A stretch of DNA of 28,562 nt from a virus (Duplodnaviria > Caudoviricetes): the IMG/VR virus record IMGVR_UViG_3300044948_000016, positions 1 to 28,562 of that record. One strand, written 5' to 3'. Numbering within the stretch: the first letter of the stretch is position 1; each line of letters opens with the position of its first letter. The notes beneath the pieces were generated by a model. It had not been told where the DNA came from, ran no database searches, and worked only from the letters and a program-made list of their open reading frames with translations. The translations under genes and the position numbers were made by a program. Below are positions 1 through 8,615 of the stretch, one piece after another.

Positions 1-10
1 CAATATCCGC

Positions 11-2425
11 ATGGGCGAGTTGGAGATTTCCATTGCAGAAGCCGAAGGTGAAGACTTTGGTATGAACTTGGCTGAAGTCATGGATGAAGGTGACATGTCT
101 TTAATTGCAGGCGATCTTGAAGGAGACATCTCCAATGACAAGAGTAGCCGTAAGGACTGGGAAAAAGCCTACACAGACGGACTAAAGCTTCTGGGTCTTG
201 GCTTTGAAGAGAGAACTGAACCGTGGCAGGGTGCTTCAGGTGTGTTCCACCCCATGATTACAGAGGCAGTTGTAAGATTTCAGTCAGAAACAATCACTGA
301 GATGTTTCCTGCACAGGGTCCTGTAAGGACCAAGATCATTGGTCAAGAGACTATTGAGAAGAAAGAGGCTGCAGTTCGAGTCGAAGACGACATGAACTAT
401 GAGTTGACTGAGGTGATGCGTGAGTTCCGTCCGGAGCAAGAGCGTATGCTTTGGAGTCTGCCTGCTACGGGGTCTGCGTTTAAGAAGGTTTATTACGACC
501 CAAGTCTGGGTCGCCAAGTGTCAATGTTTATCCCAGCAGAAGACATCATTCTTCCATATGGAACCACTGACCTAGATTCATGTTACCGCCTGACTCACGT
601 CATGCGGAAGACAAAGAATGAAATTGTGAAGCTCCAGCAAGCTGGATTCTACCTAGACATTGATCTCCCTGAACCAAGTAGGGACAAAGACGAAATCAAG
701 CAGGCCAAAGACAAGGAAACAGGCTTTAGTGATTTAAACGACGATCGCTACACCATCTATGAAGTCCACGTAGATTTAGATCTCAAAGGCTTTGAAGATC
801 TAGATGATGAAGGTGAACCCACAGGCATTGCTCTTCCCTATGTGATGACAATGATCAAGGGCACAAACGATGTCCTAGCCATCCGCCGGAACTGGAACGA
901 GGATGATGATCTGCGCCTGAAGCGCCAACACTTCGTTCACTACCAATACATTCCCGGATTCGGAGCCTATGGCTTTGGTCTGTTTCATCTGATCGGAGGC
1001 TTTGCTAAGTCTGCCACCAGCATCATGCGTCAGTTGATCGATGCAGGAACCCTATCAAATCTTCCCGGTGGATTAAAGTCCCGTGGACTGCGTATTAAGG
1101 GTGATGACACCCCAATTCAACCCGGAGAGTTCCGTGACGTGGATATCGGTTCAGGTGCGCTTCGGGACAATATCTTACCGTTACCTTACAAAGAGCCAAG
1201 CCAAGTTCTCGCCGGACTCCTTGGTACGATTGTAGAAGAGGGTCGCCGCTTCGCAGCTACCGCAGATTCAAACGTAAGTGATATGTCTGCCAACGCCCCT
1301 GTTGGAAGCACACTTGCCCTGTTGGAGCGTCAGCTTAAAGTTATGACGGCTATCCAAGCCCGCCTGCACTACACGTTTAAACAAGAGTTGGGTTTACTGT
1401 CTGAGATCATCAAAGACTACACAGACCCAGACTACGACTACAAACCTGAGAAGGGCGACAAGAGCGCCAAAAAAGCTGACTACGACTATGTAGAGATCAT
1501 TCCTGTTAGCGATCCTAATGCAGCCACCATGAGTCAGCGTGTGGTTCAGTACCAAGCTGTTATCCAGATGGCTCAGATGGCTCCAGACATCTATGACATG
1601 CCACAGCTACACCGCCGGATGCTAGAAGTTCTTGGAATTAAGAACGCAGAGAAGCTGGTCAAACTCCCAGAAGATCAGAAGCCAATGGATCCCGTTACGG
1701 AGAATATGGCAGTTCTGAAGGGTGAACCTATTAAAGCTTTCTTCTATCAAGATCACGAAGCCCATATACAAGTCCATATGGCTTTTGCCCAAGATCCCTC
1801 AATGGCACAGTTGATAGGCCAGAATCCCCGCGCCCCTCAGATCACCGGAGCGTTGATGGCTCACATCGCAGAACACGCAGGATTTAAGTATCGCCAGCAG
1901 ATCGAGCAGCAGCTTGGAATCTCTATGCCTCCAGAAGATGAGAAGCTTCCTCCTCAGATTGAGCTTTCCTTGTCAACCATGATGGCTCAGGCGGCACAGC
2001 AGGTTCTCCAGCAGAACCAAGCCCAAGCAGCCCAGCAGCAGGCCAAACAACAGGCTCAGGATCCTATAGTTCAAATGCAGCAGCAGGAACTTCAGCTTAA
2101 ACAGGGCGAGTTACAGCTTAAATCGCAAGAAGTTAACCAGAAGTATCAGATCGAACAAGCCAAACTTCAACTGGAAGAAAAGCGTTTTGTTACAGATGCA
2201 GCCTCAAAAGCAGACACAAACCAGATTAAGCGGGACGAAATCCAAGCTGATATGCAGCTAAAAGGTACGCAGATTGGTGCTCAGATCAAGGAAAGCCAAG
2301 AAAAGCAGACCTTTAACCAAGAACACGCCGGAATCCAAATCGGCGCACAAATCGCTAAAGACAAGCGAGACCAAGCCCTGTCTGCTATGCAGTCAGTTAA
2401 TCAACTACAGAAACCTGAAAAATGA
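11..2425 (+). CDS. Portal protein (P22-like), probably 5'-truncated by the window edge
   Basis: 804-aa ORF, and the frame is open upstream of nt 11. Portal-type motifs (SRKDWEKAY, HPMITEAVVRFQS, GSAFKKVYYD, YGFGLFHLIGG). Gln-rich coiled-coil C-terminus like the P22 portal barrel. First gene of the head module. Confidence 0.9.
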   Translation: MGELEISIAEAEGEDFGMNLAEVMDEGDMSLIAGDLEGDISNDKSSRKDWEKAYTDGLKLLGLGFEERTEPWQGASGVFHPMITEAVVRFQSETITEMFPAQGPVRTKIIGQETIEKKEAAVRVEDDMNYELTEVMREFRPEQERMLWSLPATGSAFKKVYYDPSLGRQVSMFIPAEDIILPYGTTDLDSCYRLTHVMRKTKNEIVKLQQAGFYLDIDLPEPSRDKDEIKQAKDKETGFSDLNDDRYTIYEVHVDLDLKGFEDLDDEGEPTGIALPYVMTMIKGTNDVLAIRRNWNEDDDLRLKRQHFVHYQYIPGFGAYGFGLFHLIGGFAKSATSIMRQLIDAGTLSNLPGGLKSRGLRIKGDDTPIQPGEFRDVDIGSGALRDNILPLPYKEPSQVLAGLLGTIVEEGRRFAATADSNVSDMSANAPVGSTLALLERQLKVMTAIQARLHYTFKQELGLLSEIIKDYTDPDYDYKPEKGDKSAKKADYDYVEIIPVSDPNAATMSQRVVQYQAVIQMAQMAPDIYDMPQLHRRMLEVLGIKNAEKLVKLPEDQKPMDPVTENMAVLKGEPIKAFFYQDHEAHIQVHMAFAQDPSMAQLIGQNPRAPQITGALMAHIAEHAGFKYRQQIEQQLGISMPPEDEKLPPQIELSLSTMMAQAAQQVLQQNQAQAAQQQAKQQAQDPIVQMQQQELQLKQGELQLKSQEVNQKYQIEQAKLQLEEKRFVTDAASKADTNQIKRDEIQADMQLKGTQIGAQIKESQEKQTFNQEHAGIQIGAQIAKDKRDQALSAMQSVNQLQKPEK

Positions 2426-2616
2426 TCCAAAACTTCGCACACGTATTGCGCCAAGAAATACGCAAGGACATGAACAACTACGCCGACGATCTGGCGGCTG
2501 GAGCATGTAAATCATTCGATGAGTATCAAAAACTTTGCGGGGTTATTCAGGGCCTAGCCCTCGCCGAGTCTTACCTACTGGCCCTGCTAAAGAAAGCTGA
2601 ACAATCAGATGAGTGA
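2422..2616 (+). CDS. Small conserved phage protein between portal and GroES-like gene
   Basis: ATGA overlap with the portal stop. Helical 64-aa ORF with motif F-D-E-Y-x-K-L-C-G-V-I-Q-G-L. Overlaps the next start. Confidence 0.8.
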   Translation: MIQNFAHVLRQEIRKDMNNYADDLAAGACKSFDEYQKLCGVIQGLALAESYLLALLKKAEQSDE

Positions 2617-3037
2617 TCTTATCCTGCCACCGGGGATTAGTTTCCCTGAACAGATTCAACCGGCAGAAATGCCTGCTGAAGATGCGACAAATGAAGAGAA
2701 AGCGAACCAGCTTCCAGAGCCAGTGGGCTACAAGCTGCTATGCGTCGTTCCCGACGTATCCGAAACTATCGATGGTACTAACCTCGTGAAAGCCTCTGAC
2801 GCTATGCGTCGTGAAGAGCAGACAACTACCGTACTTTTTGTGGTCAAAGTAGGACCTGATGCGTATAAAGACACTACAAAATTCCCCGGAGGCCCTTGGT
2901 GCAAGGCTGGAGATTTCGTAATGACACGTACTTACACAGGAACCCGCTTCAAGATGTACGGAAAGGAGATGCGTTTAATCAATGACGACCAAATTGAAGG
3001 TGTCGTTCAAGATCCACGAGGTATTACACATGTCTGA
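2609..3037 (+). CDS. groES: GroES/Cpn10-like co-chaperonin
   Basis: Cpn10 pattern: P-x-G-Y-K-L-L, VVKVGPDAY, KAGDFV, YTGTRFKMYGKEMRLINDDQIEGVV. Confidence 0.85.
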   Translation: MSDLILPPGISFPEQIQPAEMPAEDATNEEKANQLPEPVGYKLLCVVPDVSETIDGTNLVKASDAMRREEQTTTVLFVVKVGPDAYKDTTKFPGGPWCKAGDFVMTRTYTGTRFKMYGKEMRLINDDQIEGVVQDPRGITHV

Positions 3038-3959
3038 TTTTAAATTTCCCGATGAACAGGACGAAAACAACGAAATTGAGTCTACTGAGGTAGAGATCGA
3101 GATTGTTGATGAAACTCCTGAAGAAGATCGAGGCCGAAAACCCCTAGACAAAGAGGTAATTGACCCCACCGACGATGAACTGTCGTCTTATTCCGACAAA
3201 GTTAAGGGCCGAATCAAGGAATTAACCCGTGTCCGGCACGACGAACGACGCGCCAAAGAGTCAATTACCCGTGAAAAGCAGGAGTTAGAGCGTATTGCCC
3301 AACAGCTTTACGATGAAAACAACCAGCTTAAACAGTACGTGAATACAGGCAGTCAGCAATATATCGACCAGTCTAAAACTCTGGCTGAGAATGAGCTTGA
3401 TAACGCCCGTAAACAGTACAAAGTTGCTCAAGAAGCGTTTGATGCAGATGCTATTTTGGCTGCACAGGAGTCATTGTTAGAAGCAAAGATGAAAATCAAT
3501 GCCATCAACAATTTTAAACAGACCCCTTTACAGACATCAGAAAATCGTGTACAACCGCAATCATACGAATCGCCCGAACCGAAGCTAGACGAAAAAACCT
3601 TGCGCTGGCAAGCAAAAAACCAGTGGTTTAGCGCAGACGGGTTCGAGGATGTATCCAGCTACGCATTAGGGCTGCACAAAAAACTGATGAATTCGGGTTA
3701 CGACCCGCGCAGTGATGAATACTTCGAGCAAATCGATGCTCGCGTCAGAGAAAAGTTTCCAGAAGTTTTTGGAAACGAGCGACAACGGTCTAATGAGACC
3801 TCCAAGAGACCTACCTCTGTAGTTGCACCTGCTGCTCGTTCATCAGGTACAAAGAAGGTTCAAATGACTCCCAGAGCTATGGCACTGGCAAAGAAGTTTG
3901 GAATCACACCGCAGCAATACGCTGCTCAAGTAGCAAAATTGGAGAAATCAAATGACTGA
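3030..3959 (+). CDS. Capsid scaffolding protein
   Basis: ATG at 3030 with SD GAGGT at 3018-3022. Acidic N-terminus, long coiled coil, W-x-x-x-N-x-W-F motif, C-terminal helix-turn-helix-like end (ALAKKFGITPQQYA). Lies upstream of the capsid genes. Confidence 0.75.
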   Translation: MSDFKFPDEQDENNEIESTEVEIEIVDETPEEDRGRKPLDKEVIDPTDDELSSYSDKVKGRIKELTRVRHDERRAKESITREKQELERIAQQLYDENNQLKQYVNTGSQQYIDQSKTLAENELDNARKQYKVAQEAFDADAILAAQESLLEAKMKINAINNFKQTPLQTSENRVQPQSYESPEPKLDEKTLRWQAKNQWFSADGFEDVSSYALGLHKKLMNSGYDPRSDEYFEQIDARVREKFPEVFGNERQRSNETSKRPTSVVAPAARSSGTKKVQMTPRAMALAKKFGITPQQYAAQVAKLEKSND

Positions 3960-4395
3960 AAATCGTAAACCCCGTGACCTAGAGTCCCGCGAAAAGAATA
4001 CTCGACCAGTGTATACGCCATCGAGCACATTGCCAGACCCAACACCTATTCCCGGATACAGGTTTCGCTGGATTGCGACACATGTTCTTGGTCAGGCGGA
4101 TCCAACAAACGTTTCCCGAAAGATGCGTGATAAATGGGTTCCGGTAAAGGCAGTGGATCATCCGGAATTGATGCTTGCTCCTAGTGAGAAGACAGGTAAT
4201 GTTGAGGTTGGTGGATTGATGCTTTGCAAAATTCCAGAAGACCTCGCAGAAGCTATGGATACTTACTATAACCAGCAAGCTAGATCTCAGATGGAATCGG
4301 TTGACAATACATTTTTACGACAAAATGATCCGCGTATGCCGTTGTTTGCAGACCGCAAGTCTTCTTCAACCCGTGGCGGTGCAGGTTTATCTTAA
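3952..4395 (+). CDS. Conserved phage head-module protein, function unknown
   Basis: SD GGAG upstream. 147 aa with PGYRFRWI and VGGLMLCKIP motifs typical of the gene following the scaffold in this phage type. Confidence 0.8.
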   Translation: MTENRKPRDLESREKNTRPVYTPSSTLPDPTPIPGYRFRWIATHVLGQADPTNVSRKMRDKWVPVKAVDHPELMLAPSEKTGNVEVGGLMLCKIPEDLAEAMDTYYNQQARSQMESVDNTFLRQNDPRMPLFADRKSSSTRGGAGLS

Positions 4396-4412
4396 TCAAT
4401 AGGAGTCCTTAA

Positions 4413-5036
4413 ATGGCATCTACAGCTTCTCCCTACGGCTTAAAAGCCGTGAATGAGTTGGGTGGCCTACCTTACGCAGGTAGCACTCGCTCATTCCTAT
4501 TCGATCCTGCTGGATATGGCGCAAACGTCTATAACGGAAGTTTGGTATACGTCAAAACTACAGGTTATATTGAAATTGTTACCGCTACTGGCGCTGACGC
4601 AACTACAAACGGTTTCCCTGTTGGCACTGCTAACACCGGCGCTGTTGGTGTTTTCGTTGGTTGCTCTTACGTTAACGCACAAGGTCAAACCATTTTTTCA
4701 CAATACTACCCGTCCGGTTCGCTGAACGCTACAGCATTTGTGATTGATGACGATCGTACTGTGTTCCAAGTTCAGTCTGCTGGTTCTGTAACCATCGCTG
4801 CTCTGGGTGCAAACGTGTTCTTCTCCACAGGCGCAGTGGATACCGGTAGTACATCTACAGGTAACTCTACCGCTTCTGTTGTGGCTGGCTCTTCCGCTGT
4901 TACGACTACCGCCGCTTTCCGCGTCGTTGGTTTCCCTAACATGGTTGGCTTCTCCACAGTAGGTGACGCATATACTGATATTCTGGTGAAGTTCAACCCC
5001 GGATACCACTCTTACAGCAACGCTGTTGGTCTGTAA
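4413..5036 (+). CDS. Putative capsid decoration/auxiliary (cement) protein
   Basis: Strong SD AGGAG. Gly/Ala/Thr-rich beta protein (PYGLKAVN, GVFVGCSY). Directly precedes the major capsid gene and has similarly biased codons. Confidence 0.65.
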   Translation: MASTASPYGLKAVNELGGLPYAGSTRSFLFDPAGYGANVYNGSLVYVKTTGYIEIVTATGADATTNGFPVGTANTGAVGVFVGCSYVNAQGQTIFSQYYPSGSLNATAFVIDDDRTVFQVQSAGSVTIAALGANVFFSTGAVDTGSTSTGNSTASVVAGSSAVTTTAAFRVVGFPNMVGFSTVGDAYTDILVKFNPGYHSYSNAVGL

Positions 5037-5049
5037 AAGGAGCTAAATC

Positions 5050-5967
5050 ATGGCTATTTCACGCGCACAACTACTTAAAGAACTGCTCCCCGGATTGAAC
5101 GCATTGTTCGGTTTGGAATACGCTCGCTACGGCGAAGAGCACAAAGAGATCTACGAAACAGAAGCATCTGAGCGTAGCTTTGAAGAAGAGACCAAACTCG
5201 CCGGTTTCGGTGCAGCACCAGTCAAGAACGAGGGACAGGCCATTGCTTATGACAATGCCCAAGAAGCGTTCACGGCTCGCTACAACCACGAAACCATCGC
5301 GTTGGGCTTCTCCATCACCGAAGAGGCTGTGGAAGATAACTTGTATGACTCACTGTCTGCTCGTTACACCAAGGCTTTGGCTCGCGCTATGGCGTACACT
5401 AAGCAAGTTAAGGCTGCTGCTGTTATCAACAACGGCTTCACTAACTCGTCTCAGTACTACGGCGGCGACGGCGTACCTTTGTTTAGCATTGCACACCCAC
5501 TGGTTAACGGTGGAACCAACAGCAATCGTCCTACAACTGGCGCTGATTTGAATGAGACTTCCTTGGAAGCCGCTGTTATTCAGATCGCCGCTTGGGTGGA
5601 TGAAAAGGGTCTGTTGATCGCTGCTAAACCTCGTAAGCTGATCGTTCCTCCATCTTTGATGTTCGTTGCTACTCGCTTGTTAGATACCAACCTCCGTGTT
5701 GGCACTGCCGATAACGATATCAACGCATTGAAGAACAATGGTTCGATCCCTGAAGGCTACTGCGTTAATCACTACCTGACCGACACAAACGGGTGGTATT
5801 TGACTACTGACGTGCCTAACGGCTTGAAGCATTTCGAGCGTACTGCATTGACCAACTCAATGGATGGTGATTTCGACACCGGAAATGTGCGTTACAAGGC
5901 CCGCGAGCGCTACAGCTTTGGATGGAGCGATCCGCTCGGAATGTTTGGTTCTCCCGGTTCGTCCTAA
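5050..5967 (+). CDS. Major capsid protein (HK97 fold)
   Basis: SD AAGGAG. MAISRAQLLKELLPGLNALFGLEY N-terminus, APVKNEG, PRKLIVPPSL, DFDTGNVRYKARERYSFGWSD. Followed by an intrinsic terminator. Confidence 0.93.
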   Translation: MAISRAQLLKELLPGLNALFGLEYARYGEEHKEIYETEASERSFEEETKLAGFGAAPVKNEGQAIAYDNAQEAFTARYNHETIALGFSITEEAVEDNLYDSLSARYTKALARAMAYTKQVKAAAVINNGFTNSSQYYGGDGVPLFSIAHPLVNGGTNSNRPTTGADLNETSLEAAVIQIAAWVDEKGLLIAAKPRKLIVPPSLMFVATRLLDTNLRVGTADNDINALKNNGSIPEGYCVNHYLTDTNGWYLTTDVPNGLKHFERTALTNSMDGDFDTGNVRYKARERYSFGWSDPLGMFGSPGSS

Positions 5968-5983
5968 GCCCTTGGGCTTGTAG

Positions 5984-6013
5984 AAAAGGCTCCTTCGGGG
6001 GCCTTTTTTATTT
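5984..6013 (+). terminator. Rho-independent terminator after the major capsid gene
   Basis: AAAAGGCTCC-TTCG-GGGGCCTTTT stem with cUUCGg loop, followed by TTATTT. The A-tract on the 5' side suggests it could act bidirectionally. Confidence 0.9.
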
Positions 6014-6014
6014 G

Positions 6015-6043
6015 TTGCACACATTTAAACAACATGTTATATT
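6015..6043 (+). promoter_or_regulatory. Sigma70-type promoter with extended -10
   Basis: TTGCAC (6015-6020), 17-nt spacer, TATATT (6038-6043) preceded by TG at 6035-6036. Sits immediately after the terminator. Confidence 0.7.
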
Positions 6044-6050
6044 CCAGCTA

Positions 6051-6125
6051 ATCCGGGCTTTCCGGTGCATTAGACAGTCCCGGCTGACGACATACAGACT
6101 AATGCGCCTAACTTGTATGTAAGGA
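6051..6125 (+). ncRNA. Candidate structured leader RNA (two hairpins with complementary loops)
   Basis: P1 CCGGG 6053-6057 / CCCGG 6079-6083. P2 ACATACAG 6090-6097 / TTGTATGT 6113-6120. Loop sequences GGTGCATTAG 6064-6073 and CTAATGCGCC 6099-6108 are complementary (one G-U pair). Lies between the promoter and the SD. Confidence 0.55.
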
Positions 6126-6131
6126 AAAATC

Positions 6132-6665
6132 ATGGCAAATACCACATTCAATGGCCCAGTTCGCTCGCAGAATGGCTTTCAATCTATCTCTACCAATGCA
6201 ACAACTGGCGCAGTCACTGTTACAGCTACCCTTGGCACTGCTACTAGCGTAACAACTTTGGCGGCTACAACTGTAACAGCAACAAATCTGGTTTATACAG
6301 ATCAGAATCACCCAACAACTGCTGCTATTAACGCAACAACCACAGCGACTGGTGCACAAGTTGCTACCGGCTACATCACTTCTACGTCAGCCGCATCCAC
6401 AGTTATTACTTTGCCTACCGGCACTGCTCTTGGCGAAGCCATAGGCGCAGTTCGTGGCACTGTTCTGGACTTGTATGTTGATAACACTGCTGGTGCGAGC
6501 AATGTGACCATTGCTGTTGCGGTCAATGGTATTTTGTCTACAGCCGCCACTGACACTGCTGGCAGTTTTGGTGACTTGACTATTACTGCTGGTGCAACTG
6601 GCATTGGTCGTTTTACCATCATGTTCTCCAGCCCAACAACTTACGTGTTTACACGCACAGCTTAA
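6132..6665 (+). CDS. Thr/Ala-rich virion structural protein (possible head fibre/decoration)
   Basis: SD AAGGA. N-terminus MANTTFNGPVRSQNGF. Beta-rich, very few charged residues. First gene after the capsid terminator. Confidence 0.7.
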   Translation: MANTTFNGPVRSQNGFQSISTNATTGAVTVTATLGTATSVTTLAATTVTATNLVYTDQNHPTTAAINATTTATGAQVATGYITSTSAASTVITLPTGTALGEAIGAVRGTVLDLYVDNTAGASNVTIAVAVNGILSTAATDTAGSFGDLTITAGATGIGRFTIMFSSPTTYVFTRTA

Positions 6666-6673
6666 TTGATCTT

Positions 6674-6689
6674 GGGGGCTTCGGCCCCC
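6674..6689 (+). promoter_or_regulatory. Intergenic cUUCGg hairpin (no U-tract)
   Basis: GGGGGC-TTCG-GCCCCC perfect 6-bp stem between two genes. Confidence 0.65.
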
Positions 6690-6708
6690 GCACTACAGGA
6701 GATTGATT

Positions 6709-7212
6709 ATGATGCAAACAGACGTAAAACAGGGACACCTTAATAACTCTGGTTTTGTCCTGTTGGGTCGAACTAGACTTAAAGCTGCCTCTACGGTTGG
6801 CACGGCTACGGCTGGAACACTGGACATTTTTGATACCGCCGCAGCGCCTGTTGCTGCTACGTATGCAAGGTCTACTACGGTTATTACCGTTACAAAGGTA
6901 GCTCACGGTTTGGTTACCGGTGACGTAATTGGTCTTGCGTTTGCCACAGCAAGCGGGTCATCTGGCACAAACGGTAATTACTCAATCACACGCACAGGCG
7001 CAGACACCTTTACAGTTACAGATATTAACTCTGGAACGATTGCAGGTGGGACAGTGGCGGCATACGCATCCCTGTGGATTGCTAGTTTTGATGTTGGTGC
7101 AACTGACGTGTTTAGTAATTTTGCGTTGATTCCCGGCGAGGGGATACTGGTTAAAAACGGTATCTACTTGAACATGAGCAACCTTACTTCTGCCAACGTG
7201 TACTATGGCTAA
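6709..7212 (+). CDS. Virion structural protein with an inserted beta-module
   Basis: SD CAGGAGA, ATG at 6709 or 6712. MQTDVK N-terminus and IPGEGIL..NGIY C-terminus flank a VITVTKVAHGLVTGD...YSITRTGADTFTV module. Confidence 0.75.
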   Translation: MMQTDVKQGHLNNSGFVLLGRTRLKAASTVGTATAGTLDIFDTAAAPVAATYARSTTVITVTKVAHGLVTGDVIGLAFATASGSSGTNGNYSITRTGADTFTVTDINSGTIAGGTVAAYASLWIASFDVGATDVFSNFALIPGEGILVKNGIYLNMSNLTSANVYYG

Positions 7213-7459
7213 GAAAACCCCATCCCTTGCAGTAGGTCGCGGCGAGAAGCTGCCGGTCTCTAAGGGGGCTGGGCTGACTGCAAAAGGACGTGCTGTTTAC
7301 AATAAAGCCACAGGATCAAACCTCAAAGCGCCACAGCCGCAAGGCGGTGCTCGCAAGAAGTCATTCTGTGCGCGTATGTCTGGTATGCCCGGTCCAATGA
7401 AGGACGAAAAAGGCAAGCCTACCCGTAAGGCTGCTTCACTAGCTAGATGGAAGTGCTGA
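7205..7459 (+). CDS. Small basic conserved phage protein
   Basis: 84 aa, Lys/Arg-rich. GLTAKGRA...RKKSFCARM...LARWKC motif. Overlaps the upstream stop. Confidence 0.8.
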   Translation: MAKKTPSLAVGRGEKLPVSKGAGLTAKGRAVYNKATGSNLKAPQPQGGARKKSFCARMSGMPGPMKDEKGKPTRKAASLARWKC

Positions 7460-7467
7460 GGTAAAAA

Positions 7468-7794
7468 ATGGCTAATAAAGAAGATGAAATTATCAATGGT
7501 TTAATGGAAGCAATTAAATCCAAAAAAGATACAGACCCCGGAATGACTCCACGTCGAGATGGTCGCGGTAGTACTTTTGGTGATGATCCCGGAATGACAC
7601 CGATGAATAAGGTTGATAGGGAGGATATTGATTTTAATAAACTTCTTAATCGTGATGCGCCTCGTTCTAGTGCCTCTACAAAAAAGAAACCTTCTAATCC
7701 ATATAATTTGAAAAATGGCGGAAAAGTTGCCACCGCTTCTAGTCGTGCCGATGGTATAGCCCAGCGTGGCAAAACCCGTGGGAAGATGTGCTGA
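7468..7794 (+). CDS. Small protein with C-terminal ADGIAQRGKTRG tag
   Basis: SD GAGGT. Internal DPGMTP repeat x2. Ends LKNGGKVATASSRADGIAQRGKTRGKMC. Confidence 0.8.
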   Translation: MANKEDEIINGLMEAIKSKKDTDPGMTPRRDGRGSTFGDDPGMTPMNKVDREDIDFNKLLNRDAPRSSASTKKKPSNPYNLKNGGKVATASSRADGIAQRGKTRGKMC

Positions 7795-7795
7795 T

Positions 7796-8056
7796 ATGGA
7801 ACTAAGCACAATTTGGTCGGCAGTACTTTCTGTTGTGATGGGGGTTTTTGGCCTATTCGTCAAAGAAAAGTTTGCTCAAATGAAAGAAATTGGCGAAGAC
7901 ACTAAGCGTGTCGAACGTCTTTTAAACATAACCCGCGAGGAGATTGCCCGTGATACAGTTACTCAAGCAGAAGTTCAACGAATTACTGACCACATTGACC
8001 AACGCTTTAACAAGCTTGAAGCAAAAATTGACCAGCTTATTCAAGCAGGGAAATGA
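7796..8056 (+). CDS. Small membrane protein (N-terminal TM plus coiled coil)
   Basis: ATG 2 nt after the upstream stop. Hydrophobic IWSAVLSVVMGVFGLFV, then LLNITREEIA...RFNKLEAKIDQL coiled coil. Confidence 0.75.
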   Translation: MELSTIWSAVLSVVMGVFGLFVKEKFAQMKEIGEDTKRVERLLNITREEIARDTVTQAEVQRITDHIDQRFNKLEAKIDQLIQAGK

Positions 8057-8067
8057 TGCCAAGTAGC

Positions 8068-8580
8068 TTATTTTCTTTGTGGGTGTATACGTTGATAACA
8101 CGTTGTACACAAACCGTGGGAAAGATGTCTTTTTTCTTGCGTTCCACATTGCGTACAGCAGATAAAATGACGCGACCATTGGGTAATACTGTGCGTTTCT
8201 CGGTGTTCTTTTGGGGTTACCAAAACAAGATTTTCCAGTCGGTTATCTTGAGTGTTTCCATTTTTATGATGTACATGAATACCTTTTGGAGCAGTAGTAA
8301 GAACCCGATGCTCGTATTCCCATTTGTTTGGTTCGGCAATTTTTATTCGTATGTAGATACAACCATCACTTGCTTTGTGAAGACGTTTACTTCCCACGGG
8401 AAGTTGTACCCGAATTTGATTTATAACTCTTTGCTTAGTTGCTTTGACTTCATCGGTCATTGCTTTATTTGTACAGTTTGGGCAGCGCGGAGCGTAGTGA
8501 TAGGCATTGCGGTCAATGCGTTTTTTACCGACAATAGGAACATTGCAAAAAGGACATGGTTTAGTAAAAAGTCTTTTCAT
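8068..8580 (-). CDS. HNH homing endonuclease (free-standing, antisense to the operon)
   Basis: YEHR...VHHKNGNTQDNRLENL...H HNH_3-type motif with flanking CxxC zinc-binding pairs. Start placed at ATG 8580 from promoter geometry; alternatives are 8586 and 8598. Confidence 0.9.
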   Translation of the reverse strand: MKRLFTKPCPFCNVPIVGKKRIDRNAYHYAPRCPNCTNKAMTDEVKATKQRVINQIRVQLPVGSKRLHKASDGCIYIRIKIAEPNKWEYEHRVLTTAPKGIHVHHKNGNTQDNRLENLVLVTPKEHRETHSITQWSRHFICCTQCGTQEKRHLSHGLCTTCYQRIHPQRK

Positions 8581-8586
8581 ACCCAT

Positions 8587-8615
8587 ATTGTATGCCAAGC
8601 ATAAAAGGAAATCAA
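8587..8615 (-). promoter_or_regulatory. Sigma70-type promoter for the HNH gene, probably giving a leaderless mRNA
   Basis: On the minus strand: TTGATT (8615-8610), 17 nt, TACAAT (8592-8587), 6 nt, ATG (8580). No SD is visible before the ATG. Confidence 0.65.

Noticed and set aside
5925-5980. Small hairpins at the capsid gene end (GAGCG-ATC-CGCTC; AAGCCC-TT-GGGCTT) as a readthrough or frameshift signal
   Set aside because: No slippery site or extended downstream frame before the terminator, and short stems like these arise by chance.
6051-6131. Canonical hammerhead ribozyme call
   Set aside because: CUGACGA is present, but GAAA does not directly follow stem II and there is no proper stem III/NUH. 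Kept only as an unclassified structured RNA.
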